The notes beneath the pieces were generated by a model. That model did not search any database. It was given only the letters and a program-made list of their open reading frames with translations, and was not told where the DNA came from. From contig NZ_PNLB01000005.1 in assembly GCF_013822795.1 (NCBI RefSeq), positions 77,432 to 141,431 on the forward strand: DNA of 64,000 nucleotides, written 5' to 3'. Position numbers and translations under genes: made by a program. The stretch comes from Phenylobacterium sp. (GTDB lineage: Bacteria > Pseudomonadota > Alphaproteobacteria > Caulobacterales > Caulobacteraceae). This document shows positions 23,518-31,766 of this stretch, in pieces; within the stretch, counting starts at the first letter, position 1; every line of letters begins with the position of its first letter.

Positions 23518-24109
23518 GGCCCTGGCGCGCGGCCAGCGCCGCCGGGCGCTGATAGCAGGCGCTCCGCCACCTTTGGACGGCGCCGAACGGTTCGAGGTCG
23601 AGCTCGGCCGTCCGCGAGGGCGACAGGACGCCGGCGACGTTGAGATCGGCGACGGTGAAGTCGTCTCCGACCAGCCATTCGCGGCCGGTGAGCGCGGCGT
23701 CCAGCACCTGCAAGCTGGCCAGCGCCAGTTGCGCCATGCTTTCGCCGGCCTGGGCCCGGAGCTCGGCGGTCGAGGCGTCACGCTGCAGCCAAGGTTCGAG
23801 GTGCGCCTGGGCCCACAGGCTCCAGCGCCAGACGCCGGCCTCGGCGTGGGCGGTCGGCGGATAGAGGCCGCCGCAGCCGTAGGTCTTGGCCAGGTAGAGG
23901 TTGAGCGCCGTGGACTCGGCGAGGGCGAAACCGTCGTCGACGATGGTCGGCACGGCGCCCGCCGGGTTGAGCTTGAGAAAGGCGGGCGACTTCAGGGCCG
24001 GATCGGCCGCTTCGAGCGGCACGTGCTCGTATTCCAGCCCCAGTTCGGCGGCCATCCAAAGGACCCGGATGGTGCGCGAGCGCGGCGAGCCGTAAATCGT
24101 CAGAGCCAT
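23495..24109 (-). CDS. Glutathione S-transferase family protein
   Basis: SRTIRVLW, LNPAGAVP, ESTA, WLVGDDFTVAD. Confidence 0.92.
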   Translation of the reverse strand: MALTIYGSPRSRTIRVLWMAAELGLEYEHVPLEAADPALKSPAFLKLNPAGAVPTIVDDGFALAESTALNLYLAKTYGCGGLYPPTAHAEAGVWRWSLWAQAHLEPWLQRDASTAELRAQAGESMAQLALASLQVLDAALTGREWLVGDDFTVADLNVAGVLSPSRTAELDLEPFGAVQRWRSACYQRPAALAARQGLTAARRS

Positions 24110-24187
24110 CGCGCAACTTCAGGTCGACCATGCCGGCTGTCAACCGGGCCGGGTAGCTTGCGGCGCTCAAGTCGGGGGAACGAGGCC

Positions 24188-24676
24188 ATGCGATCGCCGG
24201 TGAACGTCCTGGTGCTGCCGTTTCGGCGTATGCCCGATGGCCTTGAGTATGCGGTTTTTCGGCGCGCCGATCGAACCGAGGCCCACTGGCAAGCCGTCGC
24301 CGGCGGCGTCGAGGTCGGGGAAACGCCGTTGCAGGCCGCCCAGCGCGAGCTTGCCGAGGAAACCGGCCTGGGGCCCGCGCGGCGTTGGCTGCCGCTGGAC
24401 GCGCACGCGACCGTGCCGGCGCGCGTCTTCAGAGACTGGCGGGCTTGGGGTCCCGAGGTGTTCGTCGTGCGCGAACTGGCGTTCGGAGTAGAGGCGGCCG
24501 CAGGCGAGACCGTCCGGCTGTCGGGCGAGCATCTGGCCTTCGAATGGCTGAGCTATGCGCAGGCGCATGAGCGGCTGCGATGGGACAGCAATCGCACGGC
24601 GCTCTGGGAGCTGCACACGCGGCTGACCGAGCCGCCGTTCATTGCAGCCGAAAGACCGACGTTTCCGCCCGCCTGA
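24188..24676 (+). CDS. NUDIX hydrolase (NudB-like)
   Basis: Intact Nudix box GGVEVGETPLQAAQRELAEETGL; LSGEH and WDSN motifs. Confidence 0.88.
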   Translation: MRSPVNVLVLPFRRMPDGLEYAVFRRADRTEAHWQAVAGGVEVGETPLQAAQRELAEETGLGPARRWLPLDAHATVPARVFRDWRAWGPEVFVVRELAFGVEAAAGETVRLSGEHLAFEWLSYAQAHERLRWDSNRTALWELHTRLTEPPFIAAERPTFPPA

Positions 24677-25064
24677 AGCCGAGCCGTTCGAACAACTGGT
24701 GCGCGATCGTCCGCGTCGGGTTGGACGTGAGGCTCACAGGCGCGTCGCCGTAAGTCTTCGCTTTGGAAAGTGCGGCTTCCATGAGCGCGCGTCCCGTCCC
24801 CGCGCCCCGATAGTCGGGATCCAAAATGACGCTTTCGATCCAGAGCCTAAAGCCCTGTGGGAGGCGCATGGGGACCAGGCAGGCGAGCCCGACGATGACG
24901 CCGCGGTCTTGCGCCGCAAACAGGTGGTTGGTCTCGACCACGGTGCGGAGGTCCGAAGGGGTGATCGAGCGGCTCTCGCCGGCCAGCAAGGTCATCAGAC
25001 GGGAAACCTGCGCTGCGGCCTCGGGAGTCGCATCGGCGGGGACGAGTTCGGAAACCACCAGCAT
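24639..25064 (-). CDS. GNAT N-acetyltransferase
   Basis: Acetyl-CoA motif A (LDPDYRGAGTG), LTSNP..R..A..LFERLGF. Confidence 0.85.
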   Translation of the reverse strand: MLVVSELVPADATPEAAAQVSRLMTLLAGESRSITPSDLRTVVETNHLFAAQDRGVIVGLACLVPMRLPQGFRLWIESVILDPDYRGAGTGRALMEAALSKAKTYGDAPVSLTSNPTRTIAHQLFERLGFRRAETSVFRLQ

Positions 25065-25121
25065 TCAAGCAGTCTCACCGAGGATGCGCCCGCTTTCCAC
25101 CCTTGGGAGACGGCGGCGCGC

Positions 25122-25769
25122 TCAGGCGGCGGCCGGCGCGAGATCGAGGCGGGCGGCGAGAGCGGCCAGGCCGGCCATGACGGCGGCGGCGATCCAGAGG
25201 GCGGCGGGGCCGAGCAGGTTGAAGGCCACGGCGCCGAGGGCGGCGCCGGCGACGAGGCCGAGCCAGAGCAGCAGGTGCGGCGCCCAGCCGAAGCGGTCCT
25301 CGCCGAGCAGCGCGGCGGTGATCGCCTTGCCGAGCTTGACCAGGGCGCCGGTCATGTAGGTGAGGCCAAGGCGGACCTCGCCGTCCTGGGCGAAGACGGT
25401 GTTCTCGGCCCCCATGGCGAAGGCCAGGACCAGGATCGCGGCGGGCAGCGGGGCGACCGCGGCCAGGATCGCGGCGAGCGCCAGCGCCAGGGCGACGAAG
25501 GCCAGCACCGCCGGCCCGCGCCGCGGCCCGGCCTTGCGGCCGATCAGGGCGCCGGTCGACACCCCGGCCACGAAGGCGGCGATCAGGCCGAGCGCCAGCC
25601 CGGCGTAGCTGGCCCCCTCCGCCAGGCCGACGGCCAGGCGGGTGGAGTTGCCGCTCATGAAGGAGACGAAGAAGCCGCCGGTCAGCAGGAAGCCGACGGC
25701 GTCGACGAAGCCGGCGACGGCCGAGAGGCTGGCCGCCAGCAGTCGGGCCTGGCCGCTGAGACGCTTCAG
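25122..25769 (-). CDS. YoaK/DUF1275 family membrane protein (probable CTG start)
   Basis: AGFVDA..F, FVSFMSGNST, AFAMGAEN, TYMTG motifs; the conserved N-terminus lies upstream of the first ATG (25658). Confidence 0.85.
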   Translation of the reverse strand: MKRLSGQARLLAASLSAVAGFVDAVGFLLTGGFFVSFMSGNSTRLAVGLAEGASYAGLALGLIAAFVAGVSTGALIGRKAGPRRGPAVLAFVALALALAAILAAVAPLPAAILVLAFAMGAENTVFAQDGEVRLGLTYMTGALVKLGKAITAALLGEDRFGWAPHLLLWLGLVAGAALGAVAFNLLGPAALWIAAAVMAGLAALAARLDLAPAAA

Positions 25770-25790
25770 CTCGCCCCCTCCCGCTCGGCC

Positions 25791-26402
25791 CTAGGCCTTG
25801 GTGTCGACCGAGCCGCCGGCCTCGCCGTCATTGGCGGCGTAGGGATTGGCGGCCGGGGTCGCGTCGGCGGCCGGCGGCAGGTCGGCGCCCGAACCCTTGG
25901 CGGCGACCACGACCATGGCCGGACGGATCAGGCGGCCGATCAGCTCATAGCCCGGCTGCAGCACCTGGATGACGCCGCCGGCGGCGACGTCGGGCGAGGG
26001 CTGCTCCATCATCGCCTGATGCTTGTGCGGGTCGAACTTCTCGCCCTTCGGCGGGTCGATCTTCATCAGGCCGTTGTTCTCGAAGGCGCTCATCAGCGAC
26101 TTCTGGGTCATCTCCATGCCGACCACGAAGTTCTTCACGGCCGGATCGTCGACCGGGGCGGCCAGGGCGCGGTCGAGGGTGTCGGCGACGGCCAGCAGGT
26201 CGCGGCCGAACTTCTGGATCGCGAAGGCGCGCGCGTCATTGGCCTCGCGCTCGGCGCGGCGCTTGGCGTTCTCGGCGTCGGCGGCGACGCGCAGCATCTG
26301 GTCCTTGAGGGCCTGGACCTCGGCCTTCAGGGCGATGATCTCGTCGATGGCCGCGTCGGCGACTTCGTTGAATTCTTCGGCCGGCGTTTGATCGTCGGAC
26401 AT
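25791..26402 (-). CDS. grpE: Nucleotide exchange factor GrpE
   Basis: LRVAADAENAKRR, FDPHKHQA, QPGYELIGRLIRPAMVVV. Confidence 0.98.
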   Translation of the reverse strand: MSDDQTPAEEFNEVADAAIDEIIALKAEVQALKDQMLRVAADAENAKRRAEREANDARAFAIQKFGRDLLAVADTLDRALAAPVDDPAVKNFVVGMEMTQKSLMSAFENNGLMKIDPPKGEKFDPHKHQAMMEQPSPDVAAGGVIQVLQPGYELIGRLIRPAMVVVAAKGSGADLPPAADATPAANPYAANDGEAGGSVDTKA

Positions 26403-26413
26403 CTTGTAATCCT

Positions 26414-27481
26414 CTAAGCGTTCGTCACCTGGGACAGGACGCGGGCGGTATAGTCCACCAGCGGGATGACCCGGGCATAGTTTAGGCGGGCGGGACCGAT
26501 TACGCCGATCGCGCCCAGCACCTTTTGCCGGCCCGTCATATAGGGCGCGGCGATGACGGCGGAACCCGAAAGGGAAAAGAGTCGCGTTTCGGCGCCGATA
26601 TAGATGCGCACGCCCTGGGCGTCCCGCACGTCGTCGAGCAAACCGATCAGCTGCTCCTTTTGTTCGAGGTCGTCGAACAGCATGCGTACGCGTTCGAGGT
26701 CGTCGAGCGTCTCGCGGTCGGCCAGCAGGTTGGCGCGGCCGCGGACGATCAGGGCGCGGGCCGCGCCATCGCCGCCGCCCCAGGCGGCCATGCCGTCCTC
26801 GACCAGCCGTGCGGCGGTCTCATTGAGCTGACGGCGGGCGGCCTCCAGTTCGCTGCGGATCTCCAGGCCCGCCTCGCCCAGGGTGCGGCCGCGCAGGCGG
26901 GCGTTCATGAAGTTGGAGGCCTCCTGCAGCGAGGAGGGGGTGACGCCGGCGGCCAGCCGCATCAGCCGGTTCTCGACCACGCCGTCCTCGAACACCATGA
27001 CCGCCAGGGCCTGGTCGGCGGAGAGGGCGACGAACTCGACGTGCTTGACCCCGGCGTCGCGCACCGGGGTGACGACGATGCCGGCCCCGCCGGCGAGGCC
27101 CGACAGGATGGCGGAGGCCTCGTTCAGGGCTTCCTCGAAGTTGTGGCCCTTGGCCGAGAGCCGGGCCTCGATGTTGCGGCGGTCTTCTTCGGCGACGTCG
27201 CCGACCTCGAGCAGGCCGTCGACGAACAGCCGCAGCCCGGCATGGGTCGGCACCCGACCGGCGCTGACGTGCGGCGCGCCCAGCAGGCCGAGCTGGGTGA
27301 GGTCCTGCATGGTGTTGCGGATCGAGGCGGGCGACAGGTGCACCCCGCCCTTGGAGAGCGTGCGCGAGCCGACCGGCTCGCCGGTTTCCAGGTAGCCCTC
27401 CACGACGCGGCGGAAAATCTCGCGGGCGCGTTCGTCGAGTTCGCCGAGCGACGGCCCAGGGGAAAGCAGCGGGCTGGTCAC
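26414..27481 (-). CDS. hrcA: Heat-inducible transcription repressor HrcA
   Basis: [38 protein letters not shown]; GTG start inferred at 27481. Confidence 0.97.
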   Translation of the reverse strand: MTSPLLSPGPSLGELDERAREIFRRVVEGYLETGEPVGSRTLSKGGVHLSPASIRNTMQDLTQLGLLGAPHVSAGRVPTHAGLRLFVDGLLEVGDVAEEDRRNIEARLSAKGHNFEEALNEASAILSGLAGGAGIVVTPVRDAGVKHVEFVALSADQALAVMVFEDGVVENRLMRLAAGVTPSSLQEASNFMNARLRGRTLGEAGLEIRSELEAARRQLNETAARLVEDGMAAWGGGDGAARALIVRGRANLLADRETLDDLERVRMLFDDLEQKEQLIGLLDDVRDAQGVRIYIGAETRLFSLSGSAVIAAPYMTGRQKVLGAIGVIGPARLNYARVIPLVDYTARVLSQVTNA

Positions 27482-27510
27482 GACGTGCGGCGGTGCTCGG
27501 TCAGGGCCAT
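27478..27510 (-). other. Candidate 10-aa upstream ORF ([10 protein letters not shown]) coupled to hrcA
   Basis: GAGAGG RBS 8 nt before the ATG; its TGA overlaps the hrcA GTG (GTGA). Confidence 0.45.
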
Positions 27511-27523
27511 GGACGGAACCTCT

Positions 27524-27552
27524 CTCATCTAGGATAAGCCGCCCGACGCAAG
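27524..27552 (-). promoter_or_regulatory. Possible sigma32 (RpoH) promoter for hrcA-grpE
   Basis: CTTG-N15-CCTAGATGAG resembles the alphaproteobacterial CTTG..CYTATNT consensus, but spacing and match are imperfect. Confidence 0.35.
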
Positions 27553-27584
27553 ACGCCAGACCCCTTAGCTTCCAGGACCACCCG

Positions 27585-28301
27585 ATGCGCCCCTCCGACC
27601 GTACGCCCGACATGCTTCGCACCGTCACCCTGGAGACCGGGGTCAACCGCTACGCCGAGGGCTCGTGCCTGGTCAGCTTCGGCCACACCAAGGTGCTGGT
27701 CACCGCCAGCGTCGAGGAGCGGGTGCCCGGCTTCATGCGCGGCCGCGGCGTGGGCTGGGTGACGGCCGAGTACGGCATGCTGCCCCGCGCCACCCACACC
27801 CGCGGCCGCCGCGAGGCCTCGGAAGGCAAGCAGTCGGGGCGCACCCAGGAAATCCAACGGCTGATCGGCCGCTCGATGCGCGCGGTGGTCGATCCGGTGG
27901 CGCTGGGCGAGCGCCAGATCTCCATCGACTGCGACGTGATCCAGGCTGACGGCGGCACCCGCACCGCGGCGATCACCGGCGCCTGGGTGGCGCTGCGCAT
28001 GGCGACCCAATACCTGCTGGACGAAGGCGTGATCTCCAAGGACCCGATCGTCGACCAGGTCGCGGCGATCTCGTGCGGCGTCTACAACAACGTGCCGGTG
28101 CTGGACCTGGAGTACGAAGAGGACTCCAACGCCGAGGCCGACGCCAACTTCGTGCTGACCGGCAAGGGCGACATCGTCGAGATCCAGGCGACCGGCGAGA
28201 AGCGCGGCTTCAGCCAAGACGAATTCGAGGCGCTGTTCAGCCTGGCCCGCAAGGGTATCGGTGAACTCTGCGAAGCTCAGCGCGCGGCGACCGCGAAGTA
28301 G
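27585..28301 (+). CDS. rph: Ribonuclease PH
   Basis: [36 protein letters not shown]. Confidence 0.99.
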   Translation: MRPSDRTPDMLRTVTLETGVNRYAEGSCLVSFGHTKVLVTASVEERVPGFMRGRGVGWVTAEYGMLPRATHTRGRREASEGKQSGRTQEIQRLIGRSMRAVVDPVALGERQISIDCDVIQADGGTRTAAITGAWVALRMATQYLLDEGVISKDPIVDQVAAISCGVYNNVPVLDLEYEEDSNAEADANFVLTGKGDIVEIQATGEKRGFSQDEFEALFSLARKGIGELCEAQRAATAK

Positions 28302-28310
28302 GACTGAGAG

Positions 28311-28421
28311 TTGCTCCCCCGCTGGGGGAGCTGTCAGCCGAAAGGCTGACTGAGGGGGGTTGCTGAGCGCAGCAGGCCCCCTCCGTCTCGGCGCGTTGCG
28401 CCGCCCCCAATGGGGGAGGAA
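28311..28421. repeat. Palindromic intergenic repeat, family A (CIR-like)
   Basis: GCTCCCCC-N3-GGGGGAGC TGTCAGC..GCTGAC TGAGGGG arm, same as copies at 36901, 40789, 57661 and 60625. Confidence 0.9.
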
Positions 28422-28439
28422 CTTTCTTGATCATGCCCC

Positions 28440-28478
28440 AAAACGAAAAACCCCGCCCCGGGGAGGACGGGGCGGGGT
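28440..28478 (-). terminator. Rho-independent terminator
   Basis: 12-bp stem AACCCCGCCCCG / CGGGGCGGGGTT, 6-nt loop, then TTTCGTTTT on the minus strand. Confidence 0.85.
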
Positions 28479-28528
28479 TCTCGTGTCTAGACGGGCGGCT
28501 AGGGGGAGGGAGGGGCGCCGCTTGTCGT

Positions 28529-28636
28529 CTAGAGGCCGTTCAGCAGATAGCGGAACGACGATGCCGGCATGCGCGCGAGCTCGCGGGCGAAGGGACCCAG
28601 CATCCAGTCGATGACGCGTTCGATAGCGTTAGCCAT
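28529..28636 (-). CDS. 35-aa microprotein MANAIERVIDWMLGPFARELARMPASSFRYLLNGL (absent from the ORF track)
   Basis: AAGGAG RBS 6 nt upstream, GC-rich codon usage, its own promoter, operators and terminator. Confidence 0.7.
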   Translation of the reverse strand: MANAIERVIDWMLGPFARELARMPASSFRYLLNGL

Positions 28637-28652
28637 GCCCATCTCCTTTGTG

Positions 28653-28706
28653 TGCGGCGCAGCAAATTGTTGCAGTGCACATAAGGACATGTTTGCGACT
28701 ATGCAA
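28653..28706 (-). promoter_or_regulatory. Sigma70-like promoter overlapped by two PhaR-type boxes
   Basis: TTGCAT-N17-TATGTG (28706-28678); TGCGGCGCAGCA (28653-28664) and TGCAGTGCACAT (28671-28682) match TGCRNYGCASMA at 12/12 and 11/12. Confidence 0.7.
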
Positions 28707-28782
28707 GAGGCGTCGGGTGATTTTTAGCGCACATCCGGTTCTGAAGGGGCAGAATCGTCCTGGTGCGACGAAATGGTCACGC

Positions 28783-29019
28783 TCAGGCGCGGTTGCGCCG
28801 GCCCATCACCAGCGCCGCGGCCAATGCGCTGGGGATGGCCAGGGCGGTCGCTATCGTCGTTGAAGCCTCGCCGCCCCGCGCGTTGGCGGTGACCAGCCAA
28901 TGGGTCAACACCATCGGGGGCGCGGCGATCGCCGGCAGATAGATCGCCATCGACGTGACCTTCAGCCATCGCAATAGCGCGCTGACGACCGCGAACAGTG
29001 GAACGTAGAAAATCATCAA
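28783..29019 (-). CDS. Small hydrophobic hypothetical protein
   Basis: Three hydrophobic stretches; start codon uncertain; no family recognised. Confidence 0.35.
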   Translation of the reverse strand: MMIFYVPLFAVVSALLRWLKVTSMAIYLPAIAAPPMVLTHWLVTANARGGEASTTIATALAIPSALAAALVMGRRNRA

Positions 29020-29117
29020 GCCGACGATGCCGACGCTCGCGAGCGTGGCGGGGTTGGCGCGGCGGCGACCGTGACGGCGCTTCTGGGTTGCGGCCGGGCG
29101 TCGAGCGCCGGGTCTGG

Positions 29118-29930
29118 TCAGGCCGCCGCTCTGACGGCTCCTGATGTGGCGCGCTGTTCTGCGGGCGCGCCGTTCCTCAAGGGAGCCGCCGCGAGCAGCG
29201 AGGCGTGTATCGCCAGGATGGGGCCGGTCATCTCGAGCAGTTCCTCGAGGATGATGAGGCGGGTCCAGGTGAGGCCGGTCCGATCTATGGATGCGATCCA
29301 GCCGAGATTGACGGCGGAGCTGATGGTCTCGAAGCCCAGCGATCCGGAGAGAAACAGGATCGCGGCCACGACCAGACAGGCGGCGACGTCTCGGCGGATC
29401 CGCAGGACAAACGGCACGAGCAGCGCGGCGACCAGCATCGCCAACATGCCCGCGAGCAAAACCCAGCCATAGTAGAAGGATCCCTCCAGCCCCATCGCGT
29501 CCTGGAGGGTGTCGCCCGCCAGCCCCAGCAGGCGTTCGTGCAGGGACGCGGCTTCATCCAGCGACAGCAGCAGGAACACCGAGCCGAGCAGGATCCACGA
29601 GCGGCGGATGACGAGGTCAGGCTCGCGGCGATGGGCGACCCAGGCCATCCTGGCGGCCATCGCCCAGAGCAACGAGGTGTACCAAGTCGGGATGTTATTC
29701 TCGCCATCCAGGTCGAACAGCTGGAACAGCACGCGGGTGATTTCCGGGCGACCCGGCTCCATGCCGTAGGGATTTAGGCGCTGCGCGCCGACATAGGCGG
29801 CGCAGAGCCCCAGCGCGATCAAAAGCAGGCCGCCAGCGACGGCGTAGGCGAAAAGCCGCGCGTCCTGAGTGCGCGCCGTGACGCGCTTGGTGTTCGAGCC
29901 CAACAAGCGATCCCCCCAACTTGCGACCAA
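29118..29930 (-). CDS. Multi-pass membrane hypothetical protein
   Basis: About 7 TM segments with conserved-looking DGENNIPTWY, LSLDEAASLHE and EELLEM motifs. Confidence 0.7.
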   Translation of the reverse strand: MVASWGDRLLGSNTKRVTARTQDARLFAYAVAGGLLLIALGLCAAYVGAQRLNPYGMEPGRPEITRVLFQLFDLDGENNIPTWYTSLLWAMAARMAWVAHRREPDLVIRRSWILLGSVFLLLSLDEAASLHERLLGLAGDTLQDAMGLEGSFYYGWVLLAGMLAMLVAALLVPFVLRIRRDVAACLVVAAILFLSGSLGFETISSAVNLGWIASIDRTGLTWTRLIILEELLEMTGPILAIHASLLAAAPLRNGAPAEQRATSGAVRAAA

Positions 29931-30047
29931 GTCACAGCCTTCCCACGGGCGGCGCCTGGTTCATCAGTGGGCGGAATTTAGTCTGGGGGGGCTTCTACAG
30001 TAAAGTTCGTTCCCGTCAGAGGCTTCTTCCCGATCGCCGCTGCACCC

Positions 30048-30518
30048 CTAAGACGTCTTCGGCGGCCACTCGGTGGTGTCGTGGTCGGGATGCTGGAAGG
30101 ACACGATGCCGGCGAGATGGGCGGCGGCGCGCGGTTCGTCCATCGCGTGCACGGGCAGGTCCGCCAGTTGCGCGAAGTATGGCAGCTCAGCGCGCGATTC
30201 CAGCTGCACGCTCGGCGCCGCCGCGGCCGGCGCATCGAGGGCGCCGATGGCCAGGCCGATCTCCTTGTCGCCGTACTCGTAGGTCAGCGGCGTGCCGCAG
30301 TCGCCGCAGAAGCCGCGAACGACCTTGTTCGAACTCTGGAAGCGCCTCGGCGCGCCCCGGGTCCAGACCAGCGTCCCGGCCGACGTGCCGACATAGGGGC
30401 CGAAGAAGCCGCCGGTGGCCTTCTGGCACATGCGGCAATGGCAGATGGACGCCTCGCCGAGCTCGCCTTCGACGCGGAAGCGCACCGCGCCGCACTGGCA
30501 TCCGCCGCTGGCGCTCAT
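30048..30518 (-). CDS. GFA/CENP-V family protein
   Basis: GGCQCG, CHCRMC, RGFCGDCGTPL zinc motifs. Confidence 0.93.
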   Translation of the reverse strand: MSASGGCQCGAVRFRVEGELGEASICHCRMCQKATGGFFGPYVGTSAGTLVWTRGAPRRFQSSNKVVRGFCGDCGTPLTYEYGDKEIGLAIGALDAPAAAAPSVQLESRAELPYFAQLADLPVHAMDEPRAAAHLAGIVSFQHPDHDTTEWPPKTS

Positions 30519-30790
30519 GCCGGGGCGCCGAAACGCTGAGCCGAGCGGGCCTTGGCCTTGGCGGCCTCTTCCTCGCGGTCCTTGGGCCGGGCGGTGGTCT
30601 CGAGGCTGGCGAACAGCCGGCGGGCGACGTCGGCGACCTCGTCGACGGCGCCGTCGAAGGCTTCGCGGTTGGCCTTGGAGGGGGCGTTGAAGCCGGACAG
30701 CTTGCGGACGAACTGGAGCGCGGCGTCGCGGATCTCTTCGTCCGTCGCGGGCGGGTCGAAGTTGAACAGCGTCTTGATGTTGCGGCACAT
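30515..30790 (-). CDS. DUF2277 family protein
   Basis: MCRNIKTLFNFDPPATDEEIRDAALQFVRKLSG signature. Confidence 0.92.
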   Translation of the reverse strand: MCRNIKTLFNFDPPATDEEIRDAALQFVRKLSGFNAPSKANREAFDGAVDEVADVARRLFASLETTARPKDREEEAAKAKARSAQRFGAPA

Positions 30791-30923
30791 GGTCAGGCGT
30801 CTCCTTCCCTTTGTCTCTGCAAGATAGGGCGATGAACCCTTGCGTCCAGGGCGATGAGCGGAAACCGGTCTTTGCGCCTTCCCGGTCCGGGTCTAATCTT
30901 CCCGGGGGCTAAGGAATGAAGCC

Positions 30924-31199
30924 ATGAGTGACGCTGTCGGCCCTGGCGACTTGGTTCTCTGCGTCAACGCCGCCCCAAACCACGTTACAGGACGGCCGGT
31001 GCCTCTGCAGGCCGGCGAGACCTACCGGGTGATCTCGGTGCTGGAGTTCGCCTGCCCCTGCGGGCGGTCGGACGCCCTGCTCGATGTCGGCGTCGACTAT
31101 GCGTGGTGCCAGACGCGCTTTCGGCTGCTGCCGAAACCGAAGGCTCAAGCCAAGACCCGCCGGGTTTCGGCGCCGCGCGAGAAGGAAGAGGTCCGCTGA
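30924..31199 (+). CDS. Small Cys-containing hypothetical protein
   Basis: AAGGA RBS; PGDLVLCV, FACPCG, WCQTRF; basic tail. Confidence 0.6.
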   Translation: MSDAVGPGDLVLCVNAAPNHVTGRPVPLQAGETYRVISVLEFACPCGRSDALLDVGVDYAWCQTRFRLLPKPKAQAKTRRVSAPREKEEVR

Positions 31200-31226
31200 A
31201 CGCGGCGGGCCGGGCGCGGGGCGTGT

Positions 31227-31724
31227 TCAGAACCCCGGATCGTCCGGCAGCGCTTTCTTGCGCCGCGGGCGTTCGCGCATCACCCCCGGATAGCCCTTGA
31301 GCGGGGAAAGCGGCGCGCCGTCGTAGATCCAGTCGGCCTGTTCGCCGAGGCTGAGATGGTAGCGCGGTTCGCGGCCGGTGCGGGTTTCGAACACGCCGCG
31401 CGGGATGTTGACCATCTTCGGCGAGCGCGGGCGTTCGTAGAGCATCGGCGTGCCGCAGCGGGCGCAGAAGCTGCGCGCGGCGCCGGACTTAGGGTCCTCG
31501 TAGCGGGTCAGATGCTCCTCGCCGGCCAGGACGCGCAGGCGCGAGCGCCAGGACCCGACATAGGTGGCGTAGGCCCCGCCGTGGGCGCGGCGGCCGGCGC
31601 GCGAGTGGTCGTGCCAGGCCCAGACCGCCGGGACGTCGATCTCCAGCCGCACGGCGCCGCAGGCGCAGGCCCCGGCGGCCTGGACGGCGGAGCGCTTGGG
31701 CGGCGCGTCGGGGGCTTTCGGCAT
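31227..31724 (-). CDS. GFA family protein with a degenerate catalytic zinc site
   Basis: GACACG and SFCARCGTP are retained; CHCxxC is replaced by DHSRAG. Confidence 0.85.
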   Translation of the reverse strand: MPKAPDAPPKRSAVQAAGACACGAVRLEIDVPAVWAWHDHSRAGRRAHGGAYATYVGSWRSRLRVLAGEEHLTRYEDPKSGAARSFCARCGTPMLYERPRSPKMVNIPRGVFETRTGREPRYHLSLGEQADWIYDGAPLSPLKGYPGVMRERPRRKKALPDDPGF

Positions 31725-31766
31725 GCTGTCCTCGCATCGGCATGCAAGGAGCTTAGCATTCCGCGC

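Noticed and set aside
26403-27584. CIRCE element near hrcA/grpE
   Set aside because: No TTAGCACTC-N9-GAGTGCTAA found
30916-30927. Mini-ORF MKP* overlapping the 30924 start
   Set aside because: The RBS directly abuts this ATG and is better spaced for ATG30924
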